A stretch of DNA of 64,000 nt. It comes from Cystobasidiomycetes sp. EMM_F5. Its lineage: Eukaryota. Below the pieces are notes generated by a model, which was given only the letters and a program-made list of their open reading frames with translations, did not search any database and had not been told where the DNA came from. The position numbers were made by a program, and so were the translations under genes. This document shows, one piece after another, positions 39,901 through 53,803 of the stretch (its first letter is position 1; every line of letters starts with the position of its first letter). The DNA is taken from positions 248,001 through 312,000 of the forward strand of contig JBPGPT010000017.1 in assembly GCA_051047955.1 (NCBI GenBank), given 5' to 3'.

Positions 39901-41201
39901 TTTATGGCATCAACGAAAGCTTGCCCGACGAAAAGAGGCAGAGCTTCGGCTCCAGCTGTAAGGACATGCGAGCCCAGAAACTTGGCTATTATTTCCTGGA
40001 CCTCGGACTTCGAGGCTGTATCGAAGCGGAAAGCCTCGGTCTTGTCAAAGACAGTGCGGAGGAGATCGAGGGTGAACACGTCGTCGCTGACTGCGACGCG
40101 TCTGATCAAAATGGCAGCCAGATCCTCCGGTGTTTCACCCTCCTCCACTTTCGCTACCCGGCTAGACCCGCATGCATCCATGAATATGTGAGAGGCCGCA
40201 TCGGCACCAAAGAAGCGGACCATAGCCTGCAGAGCCCCACGAATCTGATCAAGATTGAACAAGCTGCTCCATGGCTCGCCTTCGATTCTTGCAACGCGAG
40301 CCTCGGAAGTGCTGTTGTTGACTCTGTAGTCTGACAGGATCGTTGCTGCCAATCGCGACGCAGCTGCTGGAGACAGGATAGCAGTTTCGAGGGATTCGAT
40401 AAAGGCGGTGATAGTCCGTTCGTCGCGGAGTAAAAGAGCGGCAGCCTGGCCAAACGCTCGACGCTTTGCCGTTACTATAGCCGAGGTTGCCTTTGTGCCG
40501 TAGATGGTATCTGGAAGAGCTAATTGCGCCAGCTCTAACAGCAGGACGACCTTTGGGAATGGCTCGAGAGCAAGCTTCTCGATCAGCAGCCGGATGTCAA
40601 TTGCTCTGAACGTGTCTGAGGTAGAGGCTGAAGGGTCGTTGAGACCGGACTGAATGGCCAAAACATATCTCTCGACTGAAGACGGATCGTTTGCGAGCTC
40701 TGCTGTCTCCATGCACAAGAGTCGCCAGTAGAGAGGAGTTTGCGGAGTCACGGCTGCGCTGCCTGGAGATATGAGTGTTGACGAAGGACTTGAGGAGGGT
40801 GAAGCGAAGTATGATGAGCAAGCGAGAAACAACCTGCGTAGATAATGATGCTGCGAATCCTGTCCATGCGCATCGATTAGCTGCATAAACGGATGTCAGC
40901 CTCGGCAACATTGATCCCACCCAGCCGCTGAATCTTGTTCAATGGGAGATCTACTCACCGCATGCACGTCGCTGTGCTTGCTCGCAATGTTGTCTTCGGT
41001 AATGTTTGTCATGAGAAAGCTGATTTGAGCCTTTACGAGGCTGACGAGGGTAGAGCCTGACGAGCCATTCCCGCTAGGCGTGGTAGAGCCAGTAGAGAAG
41101 CCCGACAGAGAGCCTGACAGCGACGACGCTGGCCGATGCGCCGTTCTGCGGGAAGCATTGTAGCTCTGACCGCCATTGTCAGTTTCCGGGTTGTTTGCCA
41201 T
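33932..41201 (-). CDS. NOT1: CCR4-NOT complex scaffold subunit Not1, multi-exon
   Basis: LVKAQISFL, LFDEYKFF..YP, DRILFIINNL, RISIEPNNH, FRPPNPWLM, LKLNLKFEIEVL, LAGSLALVTCKEPLR, QQKPFYRFFS, LLHDFPEFL, LRYPNAH, LLERLIAYRPHP. Confidence 0.96.
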
Positions 41202-41661
41202 GACCGGCGACTGTATCGAGCAGCGCGACTTGGAGTGATGTACGGCTGCTCGCTAGGCCAGTTCGTCTCAGAGACCAGCCAAGCGGCTGGCTGCCAGATA
41301 CGCGGGGCCGATATGGAGAGTGCTGTTCGTCACTGTATGGAGTCGTATCGCACACATTGTCTGTGTAAATGCTCAGAGGTTCCCAGTGTTCGCCTAGACC
41401 GTCCAGCTCGTGCTATGCTGTGCACTGGCTGCGCGCTTCAGACATTCATCGCCGTCACAGGTTTGCGTCGAGGTTGGCCTTTTTCCAGGCTTCTTCCATT
41501 CGAAACTGCCACGAGGACAATCTTTGGCCTCGACAAACAGAGTCAGAGCATGCAAGCGTACAATGTAAGGTAGCGGCACATTAGACGGTCTCCCCAAATC
41601 TCGCATGTGCAACCTGCTTGATGTGCTTTTATGCCCACTACTATGCTTGCTTTACATGCGC

Positions 41662-42898
41662 CTACACGAGCCCTCTCCGCACCGCAATCTCCGCGTTCAT
41701 TATGCTAGAAGTAGCTGCTCCTATACTGACGTTGTTACTCAGCACCACAAACTTGATGTCGAGGACGTTGCATTTCCGGACCCGGCCGACGTTGACGCCA
41801 GCACCGTCTTGAAAGTAGCGATCCAGCCGTGGTTGCGGACGGTCTGCCTCTTCATGCACAAATATACATTGCTCTGGTGCTGATGGACAACTAAGCTCCT
41901 GCGCCTCGCAGCGGTATTGCTCCAATACTTTTATGCATTCTTCCGGCGACGGTGCAGGTCGGCGCTTGAAGGAACAGGATACAACCTCTGTATGCCCGTC
42001 AAGCACATTGACGCGATTACATGAGGCTGATATGCGGAGGGGAGAGTTGGCGTGCAGGTCAAATGACTTCTTGTCTGAAGAAAGGCCACCCAGTATTTTT
42101 GATGTTTCCCATTCAATCTTCTCCTCCTCGCCGCCTATATATGGGACGACGTTGTCATGCAAGTCGAGTGATGGTACGCCAGGATAGCCAGCTCCCGACA
42201 TTGCCTGCATAGTATTGACAATGACACAATCCAACGGGCCAAAAGCCAATTCGAGTGCTTTGAGAGGTACTACGATGCCCGTGGTAGAACAATTGGCATT
42301 TGTAAGAATGAACCCCTTGTTGAGTGTCTTTTTGAAAAGCCCAGCTTCCGCTGTACGCTGGTGTGCAATAATGTCGAAATGATCAGGGTTGACGAGCGGA
42401 ACGACGAGTGGTGTTGATGGTTCTCGGCGGTAATTCTTGGCATTCGAGAAGACGGCGAGCTCTGCTTCTGCAAACTCGATTTCTGGACAGTGCAACAAAA
42501 CAGGAAGAGCACTGTCAGTCGGGTTTCGCCGCCAAGCTGTCAACGCATCTAACCTATAGGTCCGGCGACGTCGTGATCCAATCCCGAAAAGACAATCTCG
42601 CAATCGCTAAACTGTTCACTCTTGCACTCCTTGACAATCATACCCCGGACTGCTTTCGGTATGGGTGTCGCCTGCTTCCATTTTGTCGCCTTGACATATT
42701 GCTGCCCGGCAGACCGAGATGAGGCACCGAGCGCGTGAATGATGAAGTTTGGATGTTTTGACAAGAGCACGATGAATCTTTGCCCGACAGTGCCTACGGA
42801 GCGGAGAATTAGCGAAAAACAAAAGGCCACCTTTGAACGAAATTTGGCCTACCGGTAGCTCCAAGCACGCCAACGCGTAGCTTCCGTTCGCTTGCCAT
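41662..42898 (-). CDS. HOM2: Aspartate-semialdehyde dehydrogenase
   Basis: VGVLGATGTVGQRF, ASSRSAG, VFSNAKNYR, catalytic NANCSTTG, MQAMSGAGYPGV, PQPRLDR, SIGAATSSIMNAE. Confidence 0.95.
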
Positions 42899-43183
42899 GC
42901 TAGTGACCTGCGGTGAGCGGTGCGCGCAGTTGACTTGTCTTTGCAATGCGCCTGGTGAAGAGATAGACCAAAAAACAACGGCTGTCAAGAAATACTTGAC
43001 TCGCAGCGGTGGCAAACAGGGGTTCTCTTTCCGACGAAGAATGCAAGCCACAGCAGAGACTCAGAGTGCAACTCAGTCCAAAGAATTGGCATGGGTTACT
43101 ATACCCACGTACGGGAGCTTTCCTTTGGTTGTACAACAACAATATACTGCAATGCACTTTTGCGGGTCTCATCGACGCGCTTG

Positions 43184-44155
43184 CTACGGACTGAAATTAT
43201 GGTCATCCATATGATGTGACGATGACCTCCTCGCATGCTGATAGCGGTCTCCGTCATCCAGATCATTGACATGTTCCTCATCTGGCAGCTTGTCCTCCAG
43301 TTCATCCGGTTCTTCCTCCGCAGCTTCGGCACGCGCTGGCTCCTCGGGGTCAAGTTGTAGTAGTCTCTTGAAGGCAAGAGTGAAGAATGGTCTAATCTCA
43401 TTGAGTTCCATTTGCGCAAAACCGCTCACCTGAGATTGACGTATTAGCAATGTATATATCGATGACGAGGTGTAACACGTACGTTCAATTCGACAGGATT
43501 GAGCGCAGAAAGACCTTCGCGTGCCTTGCCTTGCCGTACTTCTCGCAAGTCCTTCAGAAGAGTTCGGATACGTTCAGGTTGCGGGATGTCATCCGGCGCG
43601 CTGAGCAGATAGCGTTAGCAGCGGTCACAAGGGTGGACGCAAACGTCAAGCTTACGCTTCCAACAACATTCTCGCAATCTCCATGTAATTGAAGGGTAAT
43701 GGCGAGAAGGCGACACCAGCAGTCTCTTCACGGAGCATTCTCTCCAGATGTTCTGTGTACGCCTGCTATTTCAGCTAGAGTCCTGCGCGACACAGAAGAA
43801 GACACTATCACACACCTACAGTCAGCCATACAGGCGGAATTATGCGACATTTTCGCTTCTTCTTGAGGTTGACTGCCAGCCATAGTGGCACTTCCGCTTT
43901 ATTGGGAGGCGTAAAGGGTCCACAATCTCTCTGTCAAGGACGCAGAGTGGGTAATATTGTTGGAATGAATATCATGTCTACTATCAGCCCTTGCTTCGAC
44001 AGTAGTCGCGTACTTTGATGTTTCGCACTCACGCCCGACAACAAACGCGTTTTCGGCAGTCGGATACTTGGAACAATTTCGACAATTTCCTCTTCTGCGA
44101 CAAAGTCGAGCTCCAATGGACTGAAGTTTCCGCGCAGAGTTGGAGGTAGTGCCAT
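43184..44155 (-). CDS. PSF2: GINS complex subunit Psf2
   Basis: MALP...[65 protein letters not shown]. Confidence 0.93.
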
Positions 44156-44464
44156 CAGCAACGAAGGCAGCAATCACAGTATTGACAGGTTGGCAAACAG
44201 CTATTCGCTGGCTTTCGAGACTTTTGCATAAACCTGGTGTGATAATATGTTTCGAATGTATTTCTTGAATGCAAACTTTCCATGCACGCTCTGCTTTGTC
44301 GTCGCACGATTGACTGGGAACCGATAGGTCCTGCTACATTATATACTTCACGAGAATTTACAACGACATCATGAGAGGACCCTGCTGATCTGACATACTC
44401 CAAGCAATACACAATGATACTAATTTCAGCCATCGCGCAGCTGATACCGTGCGTACTCGGCAGG

Positions 44465-46786
44465 TCATGGTTCCGCGTCGCCCTCGTGTGTGTGATATGT
44501 TGACGCAACCGAAGGCGGGTACGCTGATGAGGGGGAGTCGTCGAGTGGGAGATAGCGCTTTTGTGAAATGCTCAGACCAAGCGGCTGAGGCTCTTGGTGG
44601 AGAAATGAGTGAGACGGCTGAGCATATCCTTCACTACTCGGACTTGGCATATGCTGTTGTGCAGATCGTGCCGTAGGAGGCGGCTGTGAGGACGGCGACT
44701 GCGTTCGAGATTGGCTGGAGTGTTTCTGCCGCGCATCAAGCGGCCCTGTAGGTGCTCCAGGGTACGTTGGCATGGCGTCGAAAGTAGGGTATGGATATAA
44801 ATTTCCGCCCTGAGCCGCGTCGCGTTGCGAAATGACTTGCTGCATCTCATACTGTTGAGATGGATGGTGGATATTCTCTTTATGCGAATCATAAGGTGGA
44901 ACTCTCCGGCTTTCTTTGCCATACGGGGACGCACGTCCACTCGTCAATTCATTTTGCGCAGCCCGAGTAGGTTCCGTTGCGTGACCATATATGAGATCCT
45001 CGTCCCTGGACTGAACAGGCGACGCAGCTGGCGTACCATATACGCTGCCTTCCGCTGTCGTTGTCCGGTAAAGGTTTACTGGCGTCGGAGCACGCAGCGT
45101 TTCTGCATCGTATGATCCTTGTCCATATCCTGCAGGATCTATTCGTGATGCTATCAACGGGTGCTCCGCACTATCCTGGCTTTCCATTGCTGATGACGCT
45201 GGTTGTCCCTGACCGCGGCTTGAAGACCATCTTTGCGCACCACTGTTGCTTTGTAGAGCATCTGTAACGAAGATTGCAGGTTTACTATGTCGTGGTGCGT
45301 AATCATACACATGCCTCTGCTGTCTGCGCAATGAGCCGTGTTGTATTAATCGAGCCTCGATAGTTGGCGAAGCGCCGGTACCATCCATGTGCGGCAGCGA
45401 TCCGTCCACTAGAGCTTGCGCTGCACCTTTCCTTGATCTGTGAGATGCGTCTACTATATCAGTATTGAGCTGCCATCAGGTTGAGGTTCACCCCTTACTC
45501 CATCTCGGCGACGACAATCGGACGGACTTTAGCCATCTTCGCGTAGATATAGTATGCTGCCCATATGGTTATGAGGAAAGATATACCTAACACGGTCCAT
45601 TCGACGACCTTCTCTTTAGTAATACCTGCAGGTTTCTCCTGTCCGAACACCGTGCCACTTCACGATAGACAAGAAGCATGAAGTCAGCTGAGTGCTGTGT
45701 GGATTGTCCATAATTGCCTTACAGGTATACTGCCATCAGCTGCTTGGGTAGGGTTATCACAGCAGTAACGGTGAAAATCCAGAAGCCCATGCCAGCCACG
45801 GAAAAACTGTGTGAAGTGAAGTTGGTTAGGCTGGTAGCGGCAATGTACAATTAAGACAGAGAAGCTACTTTCCAAGGCGTGGTTAGATGCCCAGGAAGCG
45901 CTGACAGCCGAGCCATGAAAGCTATCATGAAGCCGCCCTCTCGGATCACTCGAGTGATGCAGGCGAAGGTAATGTCATTCTGCTCCATTCGCCGAGCGCG
46001 AGCGGCGCAGCTGTAACGGAAGACGAGGAAGTTTCCCCATTCTCCTAGTACTGTTCCGAAGGTCCTCAGCTCGTTGCTGTGCGTATACAATTGACACTCA
46101 CTGGTGCCCAGGCAAACAATCGCAAAGCCAATCCATAAGCCGTATATGAGACCGCACAGCAGGCAGATGACTTCATGACCGAATAAAGGAGGAAAGCTGA
46201 TGACAAAGAGGATGGCCACCCAGATGGTCCAGCCGGCGGGTAGGTCTCTGACTTTTTCGGATAATGGTTGCAACCATCGAATGATGTCGTCGTGGTATAT
46301 CGTTGCAAGCGCGACCACAACACTGAGTAGGATCAGAATGGCGTAGTACTTCCAGTATTTTCTCTTTAGCAGGTCTTTCGGACTGAAATCGCCGAGAGCA
46401 GTCTTGAAGACGCGTTGTTTTTTGGGCTTGTTTAGTATATTGCCGTCCGAGCTGTCTGTAGACATTTCGAGCAGTGCCTTTGGCGCCTTTGGTTCGTAAT
46501 CGTATCTCCTATCTTCCTGTTCCGCGTACGGTCTGCTGTCGTACCCACTTTCGCGGTCACGCCGCTGCCGTTGCGGTTGCAACTGAGACATCATCATGCC
46601 GTGATTCTCGTTGCCGTAGCCAGTCGATGGGTCATATGCTTCCACATCATACTGCTGCTCCCTCGGCCGTTGGCTGTATCCATTTGGCTCGTATTGATAT
46701 TGTGGCTGTTGTTGCTTTTGCGATGCAGACACCAACGGATACGCCGAATCTGCATGGGCAGGATGCGCGTACGGGTGCCCCGACAT
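44465..46786 (-). CDS. TVP38: Tvp38/DedA (SNARE-associated, VTT domain) membrane protein with long low-complexity termini
   Basis: WVAILFVISFPPLFGHE, GLIYGLWIGFAIV, GEWGNF, ARLSALPGHLTT. Confidence 0.85.
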
Positions 46787-47219
46787 GCTCGCGCGCGATG
46801 TCAAGTACACGCCTGCCACCGTCTAGCTGTATTCACTGTCCCGGCTGCTGTCCAGATTTCCCTTGTCAACGCGCGTGCTGATCAGAGACCCGTGTTGATG
46901 GGGTCTGGTGCGTCGAGCTAGACAGAGGTATCATTCGCACGCAGCAACGCCAGCACCTAGATGCTCAGAATCGTGTCCACACAGCGTTGTGGGTGACGGT
47001 GAACGTCGGTAGCGTTGCATGCTGCACTGCCTGCGACTGTTGCCGCAACTTTGGGGCATGCATATATACTTGCCTTGGCGCTAGAGGGTCCTTTCACAAA
47101 AGCATGTCGAGAGCAACGACAACTACATTGGGTATCGACTCAACACATCACTGAATGCTACAGGCGATATGCTTTGCACCGTCTTCTTCCTACTTAGATC
47201 CACTGCCCACTTCTACAGA

Positions 47220-48833
47220 TCACGTAGAGGCCCGCTGGTATTTCGACAGGTCCGGCGATGAGGAAGCACTGCGATGCTGTGACGGCGCACTCTGGAGCAA
47301 CTGGCCACTTGAGCGTCCCGGCGATCTGGCTTCCAACGTCTTTCTCTTGTCCGCTTGAATGCTCTCCCAACCTAGTCACAGGAACGTCAACGACGACCGC
47401 TTTGCTCAACCGCATGCGACTTACTGTACAGCCAAGTCGCACCCAGTACTAAGATTGAGCCAACAGCGACTCCGAATGTCAGCCTATAGTCAAAGAATAT
47501 TATGCTCGCGACGAAGGTGAGCACAATTGCCGCGGAAGCCGAAAAGGTCTTGCTGACTGGAAATTGCAGCACATGGCCTGGACTCAGTACTAAACTTCCA
47601 CTGGGAACAGATGCGTTCGCCGACGTACCGTTGTCTGCATACTTGATTGCCAATGCAGCCAGTAAACCCCCTACGATTTGCACAAGAACGACGATACAAG
47701 GCAAACGGGAAAACCCAGCAATGAAGAAGGTCCAGTAGGCGGGAACTTGTGTTGTTGCATAAGTTCCTGCGTACTCGGATACGCTGACGATCAGGGCCAC
47801 AGCCAGGCCAAAGCAAGCCAGTTGGATATTGCGGATCCACAAGCCAGTCTTTCGCGTTCTTCCATTTGACGGCATAGCCTTTAAGCGCCTCTCAAAATAG
47901 CAGCCAGAAAATCCAGAGCTGAGACAGGCCAATACGACGGCAATCATGCCAATCATGGGACGCACGCCCGATGTAGCGATTGATGCGTTGCCAGCGGTAT
48001 TTGCATGCGAGGCGAGCTGAATTATGGCTACTCCCGTTGGCAATATACCGATAGCGAGCCATTGTAATCCGGACAGCTTTCGATTGAGTAGAAGAATGGA
48101 GAAGAGCGCGGTTGACGGTATTTTGAGCTGATAGCTAACTTGGAAAGCGGGGCTGTTCGAACAGGATCCGCATGGTCAGATGCGATAATTTTGTTCCAAC
48201 TTAAAGGAACCCACACTGAGAGATTTGCAGCAGCCACGTACTGAGCATTGTTTTGAAACGTAAAAAAGATGGCGGGTATAGCCAGTGTGAACAGATCGGG
48301 CGAAAGAAATTCTCGTCTCATGCGGGCCAGGCGCGCCGCGATGGAGACAGATCTGCTCGCACATCTGCTCCTAGGTACTCCGCCAGAGCTCTCGACGTCC
48401 TCGGCTAGCTCGCTTCTATTGGAAAGCTCATCACCAGAACTCCTGCGTTGACTGTCCATGCCGGACAGCTTTTCGTCTTCGAAATCATCCTTGCTGGAAA
48501 GCAATCTTTCCTCTTCCTCCTTGCTCACTGTCACGTCGGATGTGATGTGGACGACAGGAATACCCAAGCCAAGGTTGACCCCAGATACTGCTTCCCTCTC
48601 CTCCCGTTTCATCAGATTGCCGACTTCGAACCATGCGAATAAGAGGGAGGCGAAGAGTTTGCCCAATTCTGTCAAGACCACTGCGCTTGATGGTCGATAT
48701 CTCGCTTGTCCTGCTTGTTGCCGTGTTTGCGAAATGTGTAGAACGACTGCAAGACGCGTGTAAGCGGCCCAAGCTGGTTGACGCATGTGGGGTAGTGAGT
48801 TGCTTACTAGCCAGTACCGTCAATTGTAGACAT
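47220..48833 (-). CDS. Nucleotide-sugar transporter, SLC35A (UDP-galactose transporter-like)
   Basis: PSSAVVLTELGK, LAIPAIFFTFQNNAQYVA, QLKIPSTA, SSGFSGCYFE, LWIRNIQL, GGLLAALAIKYADN. Start codon uncertain. Confidence 0.85.
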
Positions 48834-49662
48834 AGTGCTACTAGGGCGATAGTCTTGATGTGCGCAAGCCTGTTCCAGTTTCAGTCAAGTCAGTCGCCCA
48901 CACCGACGCAGATTCAGGGGTAATAAGCCAGACGCCTACATTTTGTGCAAACGACGGGCGTTTGAATGATGCCCGACAACGATACAGTGACTGAGGTGAG
49001 ATCCCGTCTGATTTGCTGCTGTGCTGTTGACGCGCGAGTGCAACCGCGGACGAGAGTGCTGTTTGCCGGCTGGACGTCGTCGGCAATAAATCGGAAAACG
49101 TGACCTTATTGAACTGGATAGACGACGTGCAGGAGTACATATCTCCTTATTGAACTCGATAGAGTGCAGGAACACACATATCTTCTGAAATGGCTGTATG
49201 TACTATGTACTGCGAGCCCACACTCTGAGCAGACACTACAGACCGCGCTGGTAACGGCTTATTGCGAGGGGTGTGCCATTGGTAGTCGCGTACCCTGTAA
49301 CGTCTTCAACGCGTCTATTGATTTCTTGGGCACTGATCTTGTACGATGCGTGCCATACACAATGTATATCGCAACTGTCAGCCTTCGCTTCTTCCATAGC
49401 GCGCTTGCATCGCAGCCGGTCTGTGTCATTCAAGCGAAGCACTTCGACGATTTAACGGTTGGCGACTGCCGGGTGGTCATTTTGCTCTTCCTTAAAAGTA
49501 GCATTGCGGCGTGACTTGTTGTAATCCAGCCTAAATATGCCTTACGCGACTGGCAATGATCCCGGCGCGCCAGATGCCCGCTACTTGCGGATGTGACGGA
49601 AAAGGTCGTGACAGGCAGTCTGAGCCGGTATGCCTTTGGAGTGTTGGTGACGAGGAGACATT

Positions 49663-50301
49663 CTACGTGTGGTCTTGCTCAAGTTTTGCCAGACCTTCAA
49701 CTAAGTCATCCATGACATCTCTAGTTTGCGACGTCGGTATAATAGCTTCTTCCAAAACATCTGGTTTGGCCGGCTCTGCTTTCACGACCTTTCGTGTAGG
49801 CTCGAGTATTCCGCTCGTCCTCTTGCTTGTGCCGGTAGTTACGCCTGTTGCATCATCGCCCACATCATCGGGCGGCTCCCAGCCAGGAGCAACTTTGCGC
49901 AGTTGTTCCTTCCTCTTGCGTGCCTTTTCCTGTTCCCTGCTCTTGAGAAAAGCTAGACGCTTTGCATGCTGGTCTCGCAGCGATGTGATCCGCTCAGAAT
50001 GCGAGACATGCGGGGGCGCTGGCGATAAGACGTGGTCCTCGAGGCTGTATGGGTAAACAAACTACATGGCTGTCAATGAAAGCTGGTGTAGAAGGTAAAC
50101 GTATGCCTACATAGGCCTTGATATCGTCCGGTAGCGGATGTATGTCTGGCGGCAGCTCCACCTTTGCAATCGCATCAGCTGAAGCGGCCTCACTGCGAAC
50201 GCTGCAACATGACAACCCACAGGCCTCGGCGTCCACGTCGCAGGGGAGCGTATCAAGGGGATAAAGTCTACAAGACTGTTCGAGTCATGCGGTTGGGCCA
50301 T
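49663..50301 (-). CDS. Small hypothetical protein with coiled-coil segment
   Basis: Spliced LPPDIHPLPDDIKAY-FVYPYSLEDHVL...RLAFLKSREQEKARKRKEQLRKVAPGWEP...GILEP...DVMDDLVEGLAKLE. 5' end uncertain. Confidence 0.6.
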
Positions 50302-51343
50302 GAGGTACTGTTGCTTCAAGGCCAAGTCGTTTTGGAAAGCTGCAAGTCGCATCGGAAGCGTCCTATATGCATTTCGTATCGAAGACTGCTGATGGAAAGT
50401 AATTATCACGTTCACTTGTCTGTGCTCATCCTTCCGTATCACGCTTCCTGATCTCTGTTAAAGCTGACGTTTCCATTGATTCGTTTATATGAAAATCAGT
50501 GCTGACTGACTTGTTCGCAAGCGATTCTAGCGCAATGCTTCGCGTTGCAACTCACGCACACACTGATTACCCAGCCGTTCACATTGCGGTTTAGTCCCAG
50601 ATGTTCGACTTCCCCGCAAAAGGACTTACATCAGATACACCCACACCTTACGTGTCTTTTGCTTGCAGGGCTCAATAACGCAATTACTGGCAGCATCTAC
50701 AATGCTGTACTTTATCAAAGATATTGGTTTCCTCCTGGTGCATTACGTCGGCTATCGTGACGAATCCGCTATATCCCCCATAAGCCCTTGGGCTTAGCTT
50801 TCAATCCGCAAACTGCCATACATACTATGCGGTATGCACTGCGATGTAGACCGTAGAAGCATCTCCCTCTGCGAACAATAAGTCTCGTCAGGGTCCTATT
50901 ATGCCAGCTATAACATGAAAGCCAGCTTTGTCCGAATCACGTTCGCGTTATTGAGCCAGTATTTTCCGTTCGATGCGATTACAGAATCTGGGATAGTATA
51001 CGGGAAAACATACGCACTTGCTGATGCATATAGCGGAGTTCTGCGATGTACCGAAACGGCCCCATTCTCCACCTTTTCCTGAAGCGAACAAGAATCGAAT
51101 TTTGCCTCATCAGATATAGACAAGTCATGTTCAATGACAATTTGAGTATATAGCTCCCGCTTCTGTGAGATTTCCGTGTATCTTTCAAATCATTCAAAAA
51201 TCATCGTCAAACAATGTATAAATCTGACAATAATACAAGCTTTTTGCGTCAAATGGACAAAGGCTGTGCTGTTTGTCACGCATGCAGACTGCTCAGTCAT
51301 TGTCCTCAGTCGAAACGTAATTGCTGTCGCTTTTGCTCGACTG

Positions 51344-51405
51344 TTCTCGCGTCGTCCAGTAGCTTCTGGATTTGCCACCAAAGTAGGGAACTTTCCATCG
51401 TGTTC
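51344..51405. promoter_or_regulatory. Putative heat-shock elements upstream of HSP70
   Basis: GAActTTCcatcgtgTTC at 51388-51405 (gapped nGAAn array), plus a phased degenerate array TTC/GTC/GTA/TTC/GAT at 51344-51371, 150-210 bp before the ATG. Confidence 0.5.
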
Positions 51406-51556
51406 CGTCACGAAAGCGAAAGTCGTAAAACTCTCACATTTTGCGAACTGCAGGTTACCTGTCTCCCATCGCAAACTTTGCTGCACTTGAACCTGCACGC
51501 ATACCCAGTTTTCAAGACTCCCACACACATTCACACATCACTCGTATTCTTTCATA

Positions 51557-53803
51557 ATGCCAAAGGCCGTCGGTATTGGTGAGTAACGGCAAGCCACTTT
51601 TGGGCGGTAGAAGGCATGGTGCTGACACCTCTCTCTCTCTCTCTCTCATAGATTTGGGTACTACCTACTCCTGCGTTGGTGTCTGGCAAAATGACCGTGT
51701 CGAAATGTGAGTTGCATGAATCTACTCTGCCGTCATAGAGGGCCCGTGCCTGACCAAATTTTTGTAACACAGCATTGCCAACGACCAGGGCAACCGAACT
51801 ACACCATCCTACGTTGCTTTTAGCGACACTGAACGTCTCATTGGTGATGCCGCCAAGAACCAGGTCGCCATGAACCCCGTCAACACCGTCTACGATGCCA
51901 AGCGCATGATTGGACACAAGTTCTCTGACCCAGAGGTTCAATCCGACATGAAGCACTTCTCCTTCAAGGTCGTCTCGAAGAACGGTGACAAGCCAGTTAT
52001 TCAAGTCGAGTACAAGGGCGAGACCAAGGACTTTACTCCTGAAGAAATATCCGCGATGGTTCTGCTGAAGATGAAGGAGACTGCAGAGGCCTTCCTCGGT
52101 GGAAACGTCACTGAGGCAGTCGTCACCGTCCCAGCCTACTTCAACGACTCTCAGCGTCAAGCTACCAAAGATGCTGGTTCCATTGCCGGCCTCAAGGTCC
52201 TCCGTATCATCAACGAACCTACTGCAGCTGCCATCGCTTACGGTCTCGACCGCAAGGGAGAGTCCGGCGAGAAGAATGTGCTCATTTTCGATCTCGGTGG
52301 TGGTACATTCGATGTTTCCCTTTTGACGATCGAGGAGGGTATCTTCGAGGTCAAGGCTACTGCTGGTGACACGCATCTCGGTGGTGAAGATTTCGACAAT
52401 CGTCTCGTCAACCACTTTGTCCAAGAATTCAAGCGCAAGAATAAGAAGGATCTTTCCGGCAACCCTCGTGCTCTGCGCCGCCTTCGCACAGCATGCGAGC
52501 GTGCAAAGAGAACTCTCTCGTCTGCTGCTTCCACATCCATCGAGATTGATTCTCTCTTCGAGGGTATCGATTTCTACACTTCCATCACCCGTGCCCGCTT
52601 CGAGGAGTTGTGCCAGGATCTTTTCCGTTCCACCATGGAGCCAGTCGAGAAGGTACTCCGTGACTCCAAGATTGACAAGAACTCCGTCAACGAGATTGTC
52701 CTCGTCGGTGGATCTACCCGTATCCCTCGTATTCAAAAACTCGTATCCGACTTTTTCAACGGCAAGGAGCCAAACAAGTCTATCAACCCAGATGAGGCTG
52801 TCGCTTACGGTGCTGCAGTACAAGCTGCCATCCTGACTGGTGACACCTCTGAGAAGACCCAGGAAATTCTCCTCCTCGATGTCGCGCCGTTGTCAATGGG
52901 TATCGAGACTGCAGGAGGTGTCTTCACTGCCCTAATCAAGCGCAACACTACTGTCCCGGCCAAGAAATCCGAGACCTTCTCCACCTATGCCGACAACCAG
53001 CCCGGTGTACTTATCCAGGTCTTCGAAGGTGAACGTGCGCGAACAAAGGACAACAATCTGCTCGGCAAGTTTGAGCTGTCTGGTATCCCACCTGCACCAA
53101 GAGGTACTCCTCAGATCGAGGTCACGTTCGACGTCGATGCCAATGGTATCTTGAATGGTGAGTGGCACAATTGCGGAGAAATTTGGATGGATGGCTAATA
53201 TACTTGGTCGTTTACAGTACACGCTGCAGACAAGACGACTGGCAAATCGTCGAAAATCACGATGTAATATTTCTTTCATTTTCAAGCTTAACGTCTCATC
53301 TTGCTGACTTTGCTATTTTTTCTCTCTTCTTCCCCTCTTGCGCCTATTCATATAGCACGAATGACAAGGGCCGTCTTTCAAAAGAAGACATTGAGCGCAT
53401 GGTCTCTGAGGCGGAGAAGTACAAGGCCGAAGACGAGGAAGCTGCAGGACGCATCAGCGCCAAGAACGGTCTCGAATCTTACACCTACTCCCTACGCAAC
53501 TCTGTGGAGGGCGATTTGAAGGACAAAATCCCAGAGGCGGACAGGGAGAAGATTCTCGCTGCTGTCAAGGAAACTTCCGAATGGTTGGATGCTTCGCAGG
53601 AAGCCTCAAAGACCGAATACGAGGAAAAGCAAAAGGAATTGGAAGCAATCGCTAATCCCGTCATGGCGGCCGCGTATGGAGCTGCTGGAGGTGCACCTGG
53701 AGGAATGCCAGGAATGCCAGGCGCTGGAGGAATGCCCGGAGGTGCTGGGTTCCCAGGTGGAGCGCAGAAGTCCGAAGACATTGATGTAGAAGAAGTCGAC
53801 TGA
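51557..53803 (+). CDS. HSP70: Cytosolic Hsp70 (Ssa-type)
   Basis: [64 protein letters not shown] repeats, C-terminal EEVD. Confidence 0.98.
51629..51647 (+). repeat. (CT)9 microsatellite forming the polypyrimidine tract of HSP70 intron 1
   Basis: CTCTCT... tract lies between the GCTGAC branch point and the AG acceptor. Confidence 0.85.

Noticed and set aside
48840..49600. Short ORFs between the SLC35A gene and the small hypothetical gene
   Set aside because: No protein-like composition or consistent exon chain; probably UTR or promoter sequence.
50450..51340. Several short ORFs in the HSP70 upstream region
   Set aside because: Small, motif-free and overlapping on both strands; no mobile-element hallmarks such as terminal repeats or transposase/RT motifs.
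51552..52823. 423-codon antisense ORF overlapping HSP70
   Set aside because: Long antisense ORFs are a well-known by-product of Hsp70 codon bias. It also runs across the sense-strand introns and has no independent motif.
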